A stretch of 64,000 nucleotides of DNA. It comes from Myxococcales bacterium (GTDB lineage: Bacteria; Myxococcota_A; UBA9042; JABWCM01; BTVJ01). A model generated the notes under the pieces. That model worked only from the letters and a program-made list of their open reading frames with translations, did no database searches and was not told where the DNA came from. Both the position numbers and the translations under genes were made by a program. Shown here piece by piece: positions 28,357 to 37,400 of this stretch (position 1 is the stretch's first letter; each line of letters starts with the position of its first letter). The stretch is taken from NCBI GenBank assembly GCA_045863395.1, contig BTVJ01000037.1, positions 1-64,000 on the forward strand, in the 5' to 3' direction.

Positions 28357-29261
28357 GCGACACCGGCTTCACCCGGCGCACCGCGCTGAAGGCCACGGGG
28401 GCAACCCTGGGCGCGCTCGCCTTCGCCAAGGCCATCGAGCCCCTGACCACGTGGGCGGAGGGCGTGAGCCTCGACGAGTTCCTGCAGCGCCACTACAAGG
28501 AGCTCTCCCCCGACGACATGCAGGCCGTGCTCCGCCGCCTCGAGGCCGAGACGAAGCGCGACTACGGCGCCGACGTACACATCGAGGACGTGAAGCCCAT
28601 TCCCGGCGTGGTGTTCGGCTATGCGCTCAACCTGAGCGTGTGCATCGGCTGCCGCAAGTGCGCCGAGGCGTGCCACAAAGAGAACAACCACGATCGCGCG
28701 AGCAACAACTCGTACATCCGCGTCATCGAGATGCAGAAGGGGAGCCTCGACCTGGATCGCGGCAATACGACCTACGATCACCCGGTCCCGGCAGAAGGAA
28801 AGTTCTATATGCCGGTGCAGTGCCAGCAGTGTGAGAACGCGCCCTGCGTGCGGGTCTGCCCCGTGGAGGCGACCTGGACCGAGCCGGACGGCATCACCGT
28901 GGTCGACTACAACTGGTGCATCGGCTGCCGGTACTGTGAGGCCGCCTGCCCCTACCACGCCCGGCGCTTCAACTGGCAGAAGCCGGTGGTCCCGGCCGAC
29001 GAGGTGAACCCCGACCAGGCGTACCTCTCGAACCGCATCCGCCCCCAGGGCGTGGTCGAGAAGTGCACCTTCTGCCTGCACCGTACCCGCAAGGGGCGGC
29101 TGCCCGCCTGCCTGGAGGCCTGCCCGACGGGCGCCCGCGTCTTCGGCAACCTGCTCGACCCGAGCTCCGACATCCGGTGGGTGCTGGAGAACAAGCGGGT
29201 CTTCGTCCTCAAGGAGGAGCTCGGGACCCGCCCGCGCTTCTTCTACTTCTTCGACAAGTAG
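28353..29261 (+). CDS. NrfC/DsrO-type 4Fe-4S protein with Tat signal
   Basis: TRRTALK; CIGCRKCAEAC, CQQCENAPCVRVCP, CIGCRYCEAACP, KCTFC..PACLEACP. Confidence 0.92.
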   Translation: MSDTGFTRRTALKATGATLGALAFAKAIEPLTTWAEGVSLDEFLQRHYKELSPDDMQAVLRRLEAETKRDYGADVHIEDVKPIPGVVFGYALNLSVCIGCRKCAEACHKENNHDRASNNSYIRVIEMQKGSLDLDRGNTTYDHPVPAEGKFYMPVQCQQCENAPCVRVCPVEATWTEPDGITVVDYNWCIGCRYCEAACPYHARRFNWQKPVVPADEVNPDQAYLSNRIRPQGVVEKCTFCLHRTRKGRLPACLEACPTGARVFGNLLDPSSDIRWVLENKRVFVLKEELGTRPRFFYFFDK

Positions 29262-29270
29262 GGAGGCAGC

Positions 29271-30578
29271 ATGGCCACCGGAGCAAAGCCCACCCACCTG
29301 TGGAGCTACCCGACCTTCCTCTGGCGTTCGGTCATCGCGGCCACCGACGGGCGCCCCCTGTTCTACGCCTGGATGACCGCGCTGACGGCCGTCGCCCTCG
29401 TGGGCATCAACGCGTGGGCCCAGCAGGTCCAAAGCGGCATGATCACCAGCCACATGACCGATCAGGTGAGCTGGGGGCTCTACATCGCCAACTTCACCTT
29501 CATGGTGGGGGTGGCGGCGGGAGCCGTGATGATGGTCATCCCCGCCTACCTGTACCGCGACAAGGACATGCACGACGTGGTGATCGTCGGTGAGCTGCTC
29601 GCCGTCGCCGCCATCATCATGTGCCTGTGCTTCGTGGTCGCCGATCTCGGGCGCCCGGACCGCTTCTGGCACCTGCTCCCCGGGCTCGGGCGCATGAACT
29701 GGCCGGTCTCCATGCTCACCTGGGACGTGATCGTGCTGAACGGTTACCTGCTCTTGAACCTCCACATCGCGGGGTATCTGCTCTACATGCGCTTCCTCGG
29801 GAGGCAGCCCAACCCCAAGTGGTACATCCCCTTCGTGTTCATCAGCATCGTGTGGGCCATCTCCATCCACACGGTCACGGCGTTCCTCTACCAGGGTCTG
29901 GGCGGGCGCTCCTTCTGGAACACCGCCCTGCTCGCGCCGCGGTTCATTGCGTCCGCGTTCGTCGCCGGCCCCGCCTTCATCATCGTCACGCTCCAGGTCC
30001 TGCGCCGCGGCATGGGGGTGGAGATCGGCGACGGGCCCATCCGCACCTTGACGTCCATCCTGCGCGTCACGGTGCTCCTCAACCTCTTCATGGTCGCCTC
30101 CGAGGTGTTCACCCAGTTCTACTCGGGGGGCCACCACGTGGCGGCGGCGACCTACCTGTACTTCGGGCTCCATGGGAAGAGCGCCCTGGTGCCGTGGATC
30201 TGGGCCGCCATCGTGTTCAACGTGGCGGGCGCGATCATCCTGCTGTCGTCGGCCGCGAAGAGGCACCTCTGGGTGCTCGATCTGGCCTGCGTCCTCGTGT
30301 TCGTCGGCGTGTGGATCGAGAAGGGCATGGGGCTGATCACCCCCGGCTTCATCCCCAGCACGCTCCACGAGATGGTCGAGTACGTCCCGAGCCTCAACGA
30401 GTGGAAGGTGACAGCGGGTATCTGGGCGGCGGGCTTCGGCGTCTACACCGTCGCATTGAAGATTGCAATTCCGGTCTTGAAGGGCAAGATATCCATTCAT
30501 GGGTCGGGCGCCGTCGTGCAGCCCGTCGACTTCCACCACAGCGTCGAGGACGAGGCCAAGGCGGACGCCGCCGGGTGA
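29271..30578 (+). CDS. NrfD/DsrP/PsrC-family membrane quinol oxidoreductase
   Basis: DQVSWGLYIANFTFMVGVAAGA, DLGRPDRFWH, SIHTVTAFL, about 10 TM segments. Confidence 0.92.
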   Translation: MATGAKPTHLWSYPTFLWRSVIAATDGRPLFYAWMTALTAVALVGINAWAQQVQSGMITSHMTDQVSWGLYIANFTFMVGVAAGAVMMVIPAYLYRDKDMHDVVIVGELLAVAAIIMCLCFVVADLGRPDRFWHLLPGLGRMNWPVSMLTWDVIVLNGYLLLNLHIAGYLLYMRFLGRQPNPKWYIPFVFISIVWAISIHTVTAFLYQGLGGRSFWNTALLAPRFIASAFVAGPAFIIVTLQVLRRGMGVEIGDGPIRTLTSILRVTVLLNLFMVASEVFTQFYSGGHHVAAATYLYFGLHGKSALVPWIWAAIVFNVAGAIILLSSAAKRHLWVLDLACVLVFVGVWIEKGMGLITPGFIPSTLHEMVEYVPSLNEWKVTAGIWAAGFGVYTVALKIAIPVLKGKISIHGSGAVVQPVDFHHSVEDEAKADAAG

Positions 30579-30596
30579 GGGCCCGAGGAGCTCCAG

Positions 30597-31022
30597 ATGA
30601 TCTCACAGACCGCAGACTACGCGCTCCGCGCCATCGTGCACCTGGCCCGCAGCGGCCCGGACGCCCAGACGGCGCTCGACATCGCCGAGGCGACGCGGGT
30701 CTCGCCCGGCTACCTCTCCAAGGTCATGCAGAGCCTGGTGCGGGCGGGCCTGGTGACATCGCAGCGGGGGCTGCACGGCGGCTTCCGATTGGCGAAGAAG
30801 CCCGAGCAGGTGACGATCCTCGAGATCGTCAACACTGTGGACCCGGTCCAGCGCATCCTGACCTGCCCGCTGGGGCTCGAGTCGCACACGGTCCTCTGCG
30901 CGTTGCACCAGCGCCTGGACGACGTGATCGCGCTCATCGAGGCGCGCCTGGGCTCGACGACCGTGGCGGATCTGTTCGCCGAGGACGCCCACATGCTGTG
31001 CGACGCGCGCACGATGGGCTGA
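30597..31022 (+). CDS. Rrf2-family transcriptional regulator
   Basis: TADYALRA, YLSKVMQSL, SQRGLHGGFRLAK, CPLG...LCALH. Confidence 0.93.
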   Translation: MISQTADYALRAIVHLARSGPDAQTALDIAEATRVSPGYLSKVMQSLVRAGLVTSQRGLHGGFRLAKKPEQVTILEIVNTVDPVQRILTCPLGLESHTVLCALHQRLDDVIALIEARLGSTTVADLFAEDAHMLCDARTMG

Positions 31023-31080
31023 CCTCCAAGCAACCCCACTCCGCCAATCTCCACCGTAGGTTTGCAGCAACGCCCCGTCC

Positions 31081-31097
31081 TTGGCACAATCCACGCT
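31081..31097 (+). promoter_or_regulatory. Possible sigma-54 promoter
   Basis: TTGGCACAATCCACGCT has correct GG-N10-GC spacing, good -24 box, weak -12 box; upstream of DUF4956 operon. Confidence 0.3.
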
Positions 31098-31257
31098 GGC
31101 CGGAGGGTGCCATGGTGTCGTCGCCCACCATCGCGAGTCAGCACACGCGCGATCACAGAGGCGACGGGCGCCCCTCCCGGCGGGGCCCCGGCGTGAGCGG
31201 GGGCTTGCCGGGAGCCACCCCGGGAGCATGCGGGCCTGCGCCGCGGAGGTCCGGATC

Positions 31258-31944
31258 TTGAGCGAGTTCGAGCGCCTGCTCACATCCTACGGCGACCCGC
31301 TGACCCTCAAGGTCGTCGTGTTCTCGCTGCTGCTCGCCTTTGCCCTGTCGCAGGCCGTCGCTGCGGTCTACATCTGGACCTTTCGTGGCATGTCCTACAG
31401 CCGCGCCTTCGTCCAGGCCGTGTCCATGGGCAGCATCGTCGCCGCCATGCTGATGCTCGCCATCAACAACAACATCGCCGCGGGCCTCGGCATCGCCGGG
31501 AGCCTCGCCATCATCCGCTTCCGCACGTCCATGCGCGACCCGCGTGACATGGTGTTCGTGTTCGCGTCCCTGGCGGCGGGCATCTCTTCGGGGCTCCGCT
31601 CCTGGACGGCGGCCATCGCCGGCACGCTGCTCTTCTGCATCGCGGGGCTCGCCATGGCGTGGATGGAGTTCGGAAGCCAGCCGGTCCACGACGGGCTGCT
31701 GCGCTTCCGCGTGCCCGCGACACAGGACGCCGAGCTGGAGGTGGCGCGGGTGCTCGGCAAGCACACGCGGCACTTCGCGCTGGTGACGCTGAGAGAGGTC
31801 GGGCAGGGGACCAGCATGGAGCACGCCTACCAGGTGCGCCTGCCCGACCCGCGGCGTCGCACGCCATTGATGCAGGCCCTCGAGACCATCCCGGGCATCC
31901 AGGACGTCTCTCTGATGCTCCAGGAGCCGACGGTGGATCTGTGA
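31258..31944 (+). CDS. DUF4956-family membrane protein (MgtC-like TMs plus ACT-like C-terminus)
   Basis: GGAGG then TTG; SYSRAFVQ, INNNIAAGLGIAGSLAIIRFRT.MRDPRD. Confidence 0.85.
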   Translation: MSEFERLLTSYGDPLTLKVVVFSLLLAFALSQAVAAVYIWTFRGMSYSRAFVQAVSMGSIVAAMLMLAINNNIAAGLGIAGSLAIIRFRTSMRDPRDMVFVFASLAAGISSGLRSWTAAIAGTLLFCIAGLAMAWMEFGSQPVHDGLLRFRVPATQDAELEVARVLGKHTRHFALVTLREVGQGTSMEHAYQVRLPDPRRRTPLMQALETIPGIQDVSLMLQEPTVDL

Positions 31945-34055
31945 ACGGCGTCATCTACCGAGCCCTGTTCCTGCTGCGCACGAAGCTCGGGCCGCCCGTG
32001 CTCTTCGCGGGCACCGTCGCCGCCGCGTGGTGGGTCTGGCAGGACGTGGGACAGCGGGGCGCCGTCGTGGGCTTCGCCGAGGGGGAGGAGGTCCGCATCG
32101 GCGTGGTCAGCAGCGGCCTCATCCAGTCCATCGAGGTGCAGGTGGGACAGGTCGTCGAGGCGGGGCAGCTCATCGCGCGCATCGACCCGCTGCTCATCGA
32201 GACGGAGATCCGCACCCTGGAGGCGGAGCGGGACGCGCTGGAGGCCTCGATCAAGACCGCTGAGGCGGAGGCGCGAGCGGCTGCCAGCGAGGAGGCGCGG
32301 CGGCTGGCGACGGATGCCGAGCAGGCCGAGGTGGAGCTGAGCAACGCGACGGCGGCGGCCCGCTCCAAGGCGGCGGAGCTCAAGGCGCTCGGCGAGCAGC
32401 GGCGCAAGCTGGCTGCCTTGCACGAGCGGCGCATGGCCAGCGAGCAGGACCTGGCGGAGCTGGACACGCGCCACGCGGCGCTCAAGCGGGAGACCGCGGA
32501 GGCGGAGCGGGCGCTCACGGTCCTTGCCGCGCGCCTCGAGTCTTCTCGCAAGCGGTTCGAGACGGGGGTGCCCGACCTGGCTGCCGTCTCGTCGGAGCCG
32601 CTCCGCAAGGAGCTGTCGGGGGTGGTCCAGCGTATCGCCGACCTCCAGGCGCAGGTGCAGCAGCTCGATCTGAGGTCGCCCATCCGGGGGACCGTCGCCT
32701 CCGTGCTCGCCCGCGAGGGTGAGGTGGCCCAGACGGGGGTCCCGGTCGCCACGGTGGTCGGGTCCGCGACGGGCAGGGTCATCGCGTGCGTCACCGAGGA
32801 CCACGCCATCTCGGTGCAGGTCGGGGAGTCCGCGCTGCTCTGGCCCAAGGATCGGGGAGGAGAGCCGCTGCGGGGGCGCACCGCGTCGGTCGGCCCCATG
32901 GTCGCCCTGCTCCCCGAGCGGTGCTGGCGCACGGCGCGGATGCCCGCGTGGGGACGGGAGGTTGTCATCCATCTCGACTCCCCGGGCGCCCTGATCTCTG
33001 GCCAGGCATTCGACGTGCGCCTTGGAGCATCCGCCGAGCCGGGGGCCGTGGCCGCGGCGCCGCCTGCGCCTGCTCTGCCCGCTGCGGCACCCACCCAGCC
33101 TGGAGGCGATGGCATGGCCCCTCCGCCGGCCGCAGCTCCCCGCGCGATGACAGTCCCCCCGTCGCTGCGGCAGCAGTCCCGCTTCGAGCCTTCCGGCCTC
33201 CTCTGGGTCGAGGGGAAGAGCCGCTATGTGGTGGTCAGCGACGACACGGGCACCAAGGAGGCCGCCGACCACGCCCCCTGGATCTTCACCATGGACGAGG
33301 ACGGCAACGTGGATCCGCGACCCCTCATCGTGGAGGGGCTCACGGAGCTGAACGACCTCGAGTCCATCGCGGACGCCGGTGACGGCGCTCTGTGGGTCCT
33401 GGCGGCCCAGTCTCAGAGCAAGAAGGGCAAGCGACCCGCGTCGCGCCAGCTCTTCGCGCGGCTCGTCCCGCAGGGCGACGGCTACCGGGTCTTGGAGAGC
33501 ACGCGCCTCTACCAATGGGTGGCGGGGCTGCCCGCACCGGACCGGGCTCGCCTGGGGCTCGGCAGCGAGGACGCCCTCGACGCCTTCAACATCGAGGGCA
33601 TGACCCGCGATGGCGACGCCCTGCTCCTCGGCCTCAAGGCGCCGCTGGACGCCGAGGGGCGTGCGCTGATCTGGCGTGTCGCGGACCCTGGCGCCCTGGT
33701 CGGCGGTGACGCCGCACCCGCCACCGTTGCGCTGTACGGGCGGCTGCGCATGGACGTGATCGCAGACGGGCGGGAGGCACCAGGGGGCATCGCGGACCTC
33801 CTGCGGCTGCCGGACGGGCGGCTCCTGGTCGCGGCCACCGCGTCGGGGACCAAGACCCTCGACCAGACCGGGTCCCTGTGGCTCACCGCCGCCCCTCCCG
33901 AGCCCGGCGGCGAGATGGAGGCGCGGCGGCTCAGCGCGTTCCCGGGCCTCAAGCCCGAGGGCCTGGCGCTGTCGCCCACAGAGGGGCGCGTGACCATCGT
34001 GTTCGACCGGGACGCCGAGACCCCGGCCTGGCTGGAGATTCCGTGGCCGCGCTGA
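31941..34055 (+). CDS. HlyD-like membrane fusion protein fused to C-terminal acidic beta-propeller (DUF3616/phytase-like)
   Basis: GTGA overlap; TM, lipoyl halves (VQVGQVVEAGQLIARID; LRSPIRGTV), coiled coil; Pro linker; FEPSGL, VVSDD, NDLESIA, FNIEGMT, KPEGLAL. Confidence 0.8.
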   Translation: MNGVIYRALFLLRTKLGPPVLFAGTVAAAWWVWQDVGQRGAVVGFAEGEEVRIGVVSSGLIQSIEVQVGQVVEAGQLIARIDPLLIETEIRTLEAERDALEASIKTAEAEARAAASEEARRLATDAEQAEVELSNATAAARSKAAELKALGEQRRKLAALHERRMASEQDLAELDTRHAALKRETAEAERALTVLAARLESSRKRFETGVPDLAAVSSEPLRKELSGVVQRIADLQAQVQQLDLRSPIRGTVASVLAREGEVAQTGVPVATVVGSATGRVIACVTEDHAISVQVGESALLWPKDRGGEPLRGRTASVGPMVALLPERCWRTARMPAWGREVVIHLDSPGALISGQAFDVRLGASAEPGAVAAAPPAPALPAAAPTQPGGDGMAPPPAAAPRAMTVPPSLRQQSRFEPSGLLWVEGKSRYVVVSDDTGTKEAADHAPWIFTMDEDGNVDPRPLIVEGLTELNDLESIADAGDGALWVLAAQSQSKKGKRPASRQLFARLVPQGDGYRVLESTRLYQWVAGLPAPDRARLGLGSEDALDAFNIEGMTRDGDALLLGLKAPLDAEGRALIWRVADPGALVGGDAAPATVALYGRLRMDVIADGREAPGGIADLLRLPDGRLLVAATASGTKTLDQTGSLWLTAAPPEPGGEMEARRLSAFPGLKPEGLALSPTEGRVTIVFDRDAETPAWLEIPWPR

Positions 34056-35344
34056 CCGGCGTTGGGACGGGGCTCCGGGGAGGCTTCGCGGTCCTTGCGG
34101 CGTGCGTCCTCGCCGGCTGCTTCCGGGCTCCCACCTACGAGCCGGGCCGGTTCGCGGGACCCTGGCAGGCGCCACCGGCGGCGGGGGACGTAGACCGGGA
34201 GCAGGCCGCCGCCCTCGCCATCGAGCGGAGCCCCGACGTGGCCGCTGCCCGGGCCGCGGCGCGGGCGGCCGAGCGCGGGGTGGGGTCCGCAGACCAGATG
34301 GTCAACCCGGAGCTGCGGCTGAGCCAGCTCCGCCTGGATCAGGTGATCGAGAGCGCGCCGGTGGTGGAGCTGGGGCTGCGGTTCAAGCCCGAGCGACCGG
34401 GCGCCATCGACGCGCGAATCCACGAGGCGACGATGCTCGCCGAGGAGGCGCACGCCAGCGCGGACCTCGTCGCCCTGGAGGTGGCCGCCCAGGTCCGTGA
34501 GCTCGTCGACGTGGTCCACCTCCTCGACCGGGAGGCGCGCGCGGTGCAGCGCCTGGCGGACCTGCGGGAGCTGCTTCGGAGGGAGGTGGCCGAGCGGGTG
34601 GAGGCTGCGGCGGCGACGCGCATGGACCTGGCCGAGGCGGATCTGGACCTGGCGACGGCCCGGGACGACCTCGCGGCGCTGCGACTGGAGAGAGCGCGAG
34701 CCGCAGCGTCCCTGGCGCGCCTCGTCGGGGGCGCGACGGTCACCGCTGAGCCGGACGTGGTGCTGCTGCCCCCAGACGAGGCGCTCGTCCGGCGCGCGCT
34801 GGCGGCCCGGCCTGAGCTGCGCGCCTCGGCGGCCCGCATCGCCGCCGCCGAGGGTGAGGCGTGGGTCGCGCGCTCCGAGGCGTGGCCGTGGCTCTCCTTC
34901 GTGCAGGTGGAGTACGACATCGAGCGCGAGCCGGACCCGCTGGCCTTCGGGGTCGCGCTGGCCGTGGAGCTGCCCCTGCTGAGCTGGAACAGCGGCGCCA
35001 TCGCCGAGGCCGACGCCCGCGTGGCGGGCCTCCGCGCCGAGCAGGAGGCCACGGCGCGGCGGACGGCAGATGCCATCGTCGAGGCTGCTGCCCACGTCCG
35101 CGCGACGGCCGAGCGGGTCCGCGCCATCCGCGAGGAGCTCATGCCAGCCGTGGAGGCCGCCGCCGCGTCCATCCGGGACGCCGTGGACGCGGGCGCCGCC
35201 GACCCGACCGCCTCCCTGCGGGCCGACCTCCAGAGTGCGGGCGCGGAGCGGCGGCTCGCGCGCGCGCTGCGAGACCATCGTCAGGCGGTGGTCGCGCTGG
35301 AGGCGGCGCTCGGCGGGCCCCTGGAGGCCACGCGCGACCCCTGA
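34043..35344 (+). CDS. TolC/outer membrane efflux protein (lipoprotein)
   Basis: VLAGC lipobox; ALAIERSPDV, NPELRL, ALAARPEL, VELPLLSWNSGAI OEP repeats. Confidence 0.85.
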   Translation: MAALTGVGTGLRGGFAVLAACVLAGCFRAPTYEPGRFAGPWQAPPAAGDVDREQAAALAIERSPDVAAARAAARAAERGVGSADQMVNPELRLSQLRLDQVIESAPVVELGLRFKPERPGAIDARIHEATMLAEEAHASADLVALEVAAQVRELVDVVHLLDREARAVQRLADLRELLRREVAERVEAAAATRMDLAEADLDLATARDDLAALRLERARAAASLARLVGGATVTAEPDVVLLPPDEALVRRALAARPELRASAARIAAAEGEAWVARSEAWPWLSFVQVEYDIEREPDPLAFGVALAVELPLLSWNSGAIAEADARVAGLRAEQEATARRTADAIVEAAAHVRATAERVRAIREELMPAVEAAAASIRDAVDAGAADPTASLRADLQSAGAERRLARALRDHRQAVVALEAALGGPLEATRDP

Positions 35345-35399
35345 TCCCGGTCCATGACCGTCCCCTGAGTGGTCGACCGCTCTTCACACAGGAGCCCCG

Positions 35400-37373
35400 A
35401 TGGATTGTGCGCTCTTCGATTCCCCGTACTTCGACGCCGCGCGGCTGGTGCGCCTGCCCCGCGTCTCCGCCATTGCGCCTTCTCCCTGTGGCACCTGGCT
35501 CGCCGTGGAGGTGGGGCGCCTCGACGAGGACACGCAGAAGGTCGTCGCGGACCTGTGGCGCGTCCCCCTGGAGGGGGCGCCCGTGCGTCTCACCCAGGGG
35601 CCCTGGAGCAGCCGCTCCCCGGCCTTCCGCCATGACGGCGCCTTGTGCTTCCTCAGCGACCGCCCGTTCGGGCGGGAGGAGGACCCGAAGCCCCAGGTCT
35701 GGGCCCTGGCGGGCGGTGACGCCCTGCGGCTGACCGACGAGCCCCTTGGGGTGAGCGCCTTCCGCGTCGCCAGCGGCGCCGAGTGCCTCGCGCTGCTCGC
35801 CCCCCTCTGGGAGGGAGTGGCGCTCGAGGAGCAGGGTGCTCACGACCGGGAGCGCTCCAAGAAGGGGCCGAGCGTCATGCGCTTCGTCCGCCAGCCCGTG
35901 CGGCACTGGGACCAGTGGGTGGCGGGCCCCGCCCCTCACCTCGTGGTCATCGATGCAGCGGGGCGTCGCGACCTCACCCCGGAGGCGGGGGACAAGCTCC
36001 GCCCCGCCGACCTGGACCTGACCCTGGACCTGTCCGCGGACGGGCGGACCGTCGTCGTGCCCCGCCAGACGGAGGGCGCCGACCGGATGACCGCCGTGGA
36101 CCTGTGGGTGTTCGATGTCGCGACGGGGCAGGGGAGGGTGCTCGGGTCGGAGGCGAACACCTGGCTCCAGGGGCCGGTGATCTCTCCCGACGGGGCGCGC
36201 GTCGCCTGCACCCGCCACCGCATGGGGTCAGAGCGCCATGGGAGGCTCGACCTGTGGCTCGTGGATCTGGCGTCGGGCGAAGGGCGCGCCGTGCAGCCCG
36301 CGCTGGACCTGTGGCTGACTCCCCACGCCTGGGACGGCGATGCCCTGCTGTGTACGGCGGACCAGCGGGGCGACGTGCCGGTCTACCGGGTCGACGACGC
36401 GGGCGCCGTCAGGCTCACGGGCGAGGGCTCGCACCTGGGCCTGCGGGCGCTGCCTGGCGCGATTGCAGGCATCCGCCATCGCGTGACGCATCCGCCCGAG
36501 CCCTTCGTGCTGCGCCCGGGTGGGGAGCCCGAGCTCGTGGGTCAATTGACCGGCTTCGACGCCACCGACCACGTCGCGGTAGAGCGGCTGGAGGTGCCCA
36601 CGGACGACGGCGAGGTGGTGCGAGGGCTCCTGGTGCGCCCGCAAGGCGGGGGCGTCGTGCCCACGCTGCTGTGGATCCACGGCGGCCCCGTCGGCCAGTT
36701 CGCGGATGGCTGGCACTGGCGCTGGTCACCGCTCGTGTTCGCGGCTCGGGGCTATGCGGTCGCCCTGCCCAACCCCCGGGGCTCCACGGGGGCGGGCCAG
36801 GCCTTCGTGGAGGGCATCTGGGGCAACACGTGGGGAGGCCGCTGCTACCAAGATGTCATGGCGGTGGCGGACCACCTCGCCGCTCGCTCGGACCTCGACG
36901 GAGACCGCATGGCCGCCATGGGAGGCTCCTTCGGCGGCTACATGACCAACTGGATCGGCAGCAACACGGACCGCTTCCGGTGCCTGGTCACCCACGCGAG
37001 CCTCTACCACCTGTCCGCGTTCTGGGGGGTGACGGACCACCCGAGCTACTTCCAGATGATGCTCGGGGACGATCCGATCTCGGACCCGCGCGCCTTCGAG
37101 CGGTACTCTCCGCACACGCGGGTCCGCTCTTGGCGGTCGCCGACGCTGATCCTGCACGGAGAGAAGGACTACCGCGTCCCCGTCGGGGAGGCCCTGGCGT
37201 TGTTCGAGGCACTGCAGACCCTTGGAGTGCCCTCGGAGCTGGTGGTGTTCCCCGACGAGAATCACTGGATCCTGAGACCCCGCAACGTCGAGGCGTGGTA
37301 TGGGGCCATCGCCGACTTCCTCGCGCGCCAGGGGATGGGCCCGGGGGGCGAGTCGCAGGTGCCTGGGGTCTGA
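35400..37373 (+). CDS. S9-family peptidase (dipeptidyl/acylaminoacyl peptidase)
   Basis: N-terminal propeller; IHGGP, NPRGSTG, GGSFGG, HGEKDYRV, FPDENH. Confidence 0.93.
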   Translation: MDCALFDSPYFDAARLVRLPRVSAIAPSPCGTWLAVEVGRLDEDTQKVVADLWRVPLEGAPVRLTQGPWSSRSPAFRHDGALCFLSDRPFGREEDPKPQVWALAGGDALRLTDEPLGVSAFRVASGAECLALLAPLWEGVALEEQGAHDRERSKKGPSVMRFVRQPVRHWDQWVAGPAPHLVVIDAAGRRDLTPEAGDKLRPADLDLTLDLSADGRTVVVPRQTEGADRMTAVDLWVFDVATGQGRVLGSEANTWLQGPVISPDGARVACTRHRMGSERHGRLDLWLVDLASGEGRAVQPALDLWLTPHAWDGDALLCTADQRGDVPVYRVDDAGAVRLTGEGSHLGLRALPGAIAGIRHRVTHPPEPFVLRPGGEPELVGQLTGFDATDHVAVERLEVPTDDGEVVRGLLVRPQGGGVVPTLLWIHGGPVGQFADGWHWRWSPLVFAARGYAVALPNPRGSTGAGQAFVEGIWGNTWGGRCYQDVMAVADHLAARSDLDGDRMAAMGGSFGGYMTNWIGSNTDRFRCLVTHASLYHLSAFWGVTDHPSYFQMMLGDDPISDPRAFERYSPHTRVRSWRSPTLILHGEKDYRVPVGEALALFEALQTLGVPSELVVFPDENHWILRPRNVEAWYGAIADFLARQGMGPGGESQVPGV

Positions 37374-37400
37374 CCCGGACGCACGGGGCCTTGGCCTGGC

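Noticed and set aside
24683..30539. ORFs 24683..27304 (+) and 27765..30539 (-)
   Set aside because: Shadows of napA and the NrfCD operon
27721..30578. Evidence for dissimilatory sulfur metabolism (DsrJOP) or nitrite ammonification
   Set aside because: No dsrMK/dsrAB or nrfA in the window; context is nap
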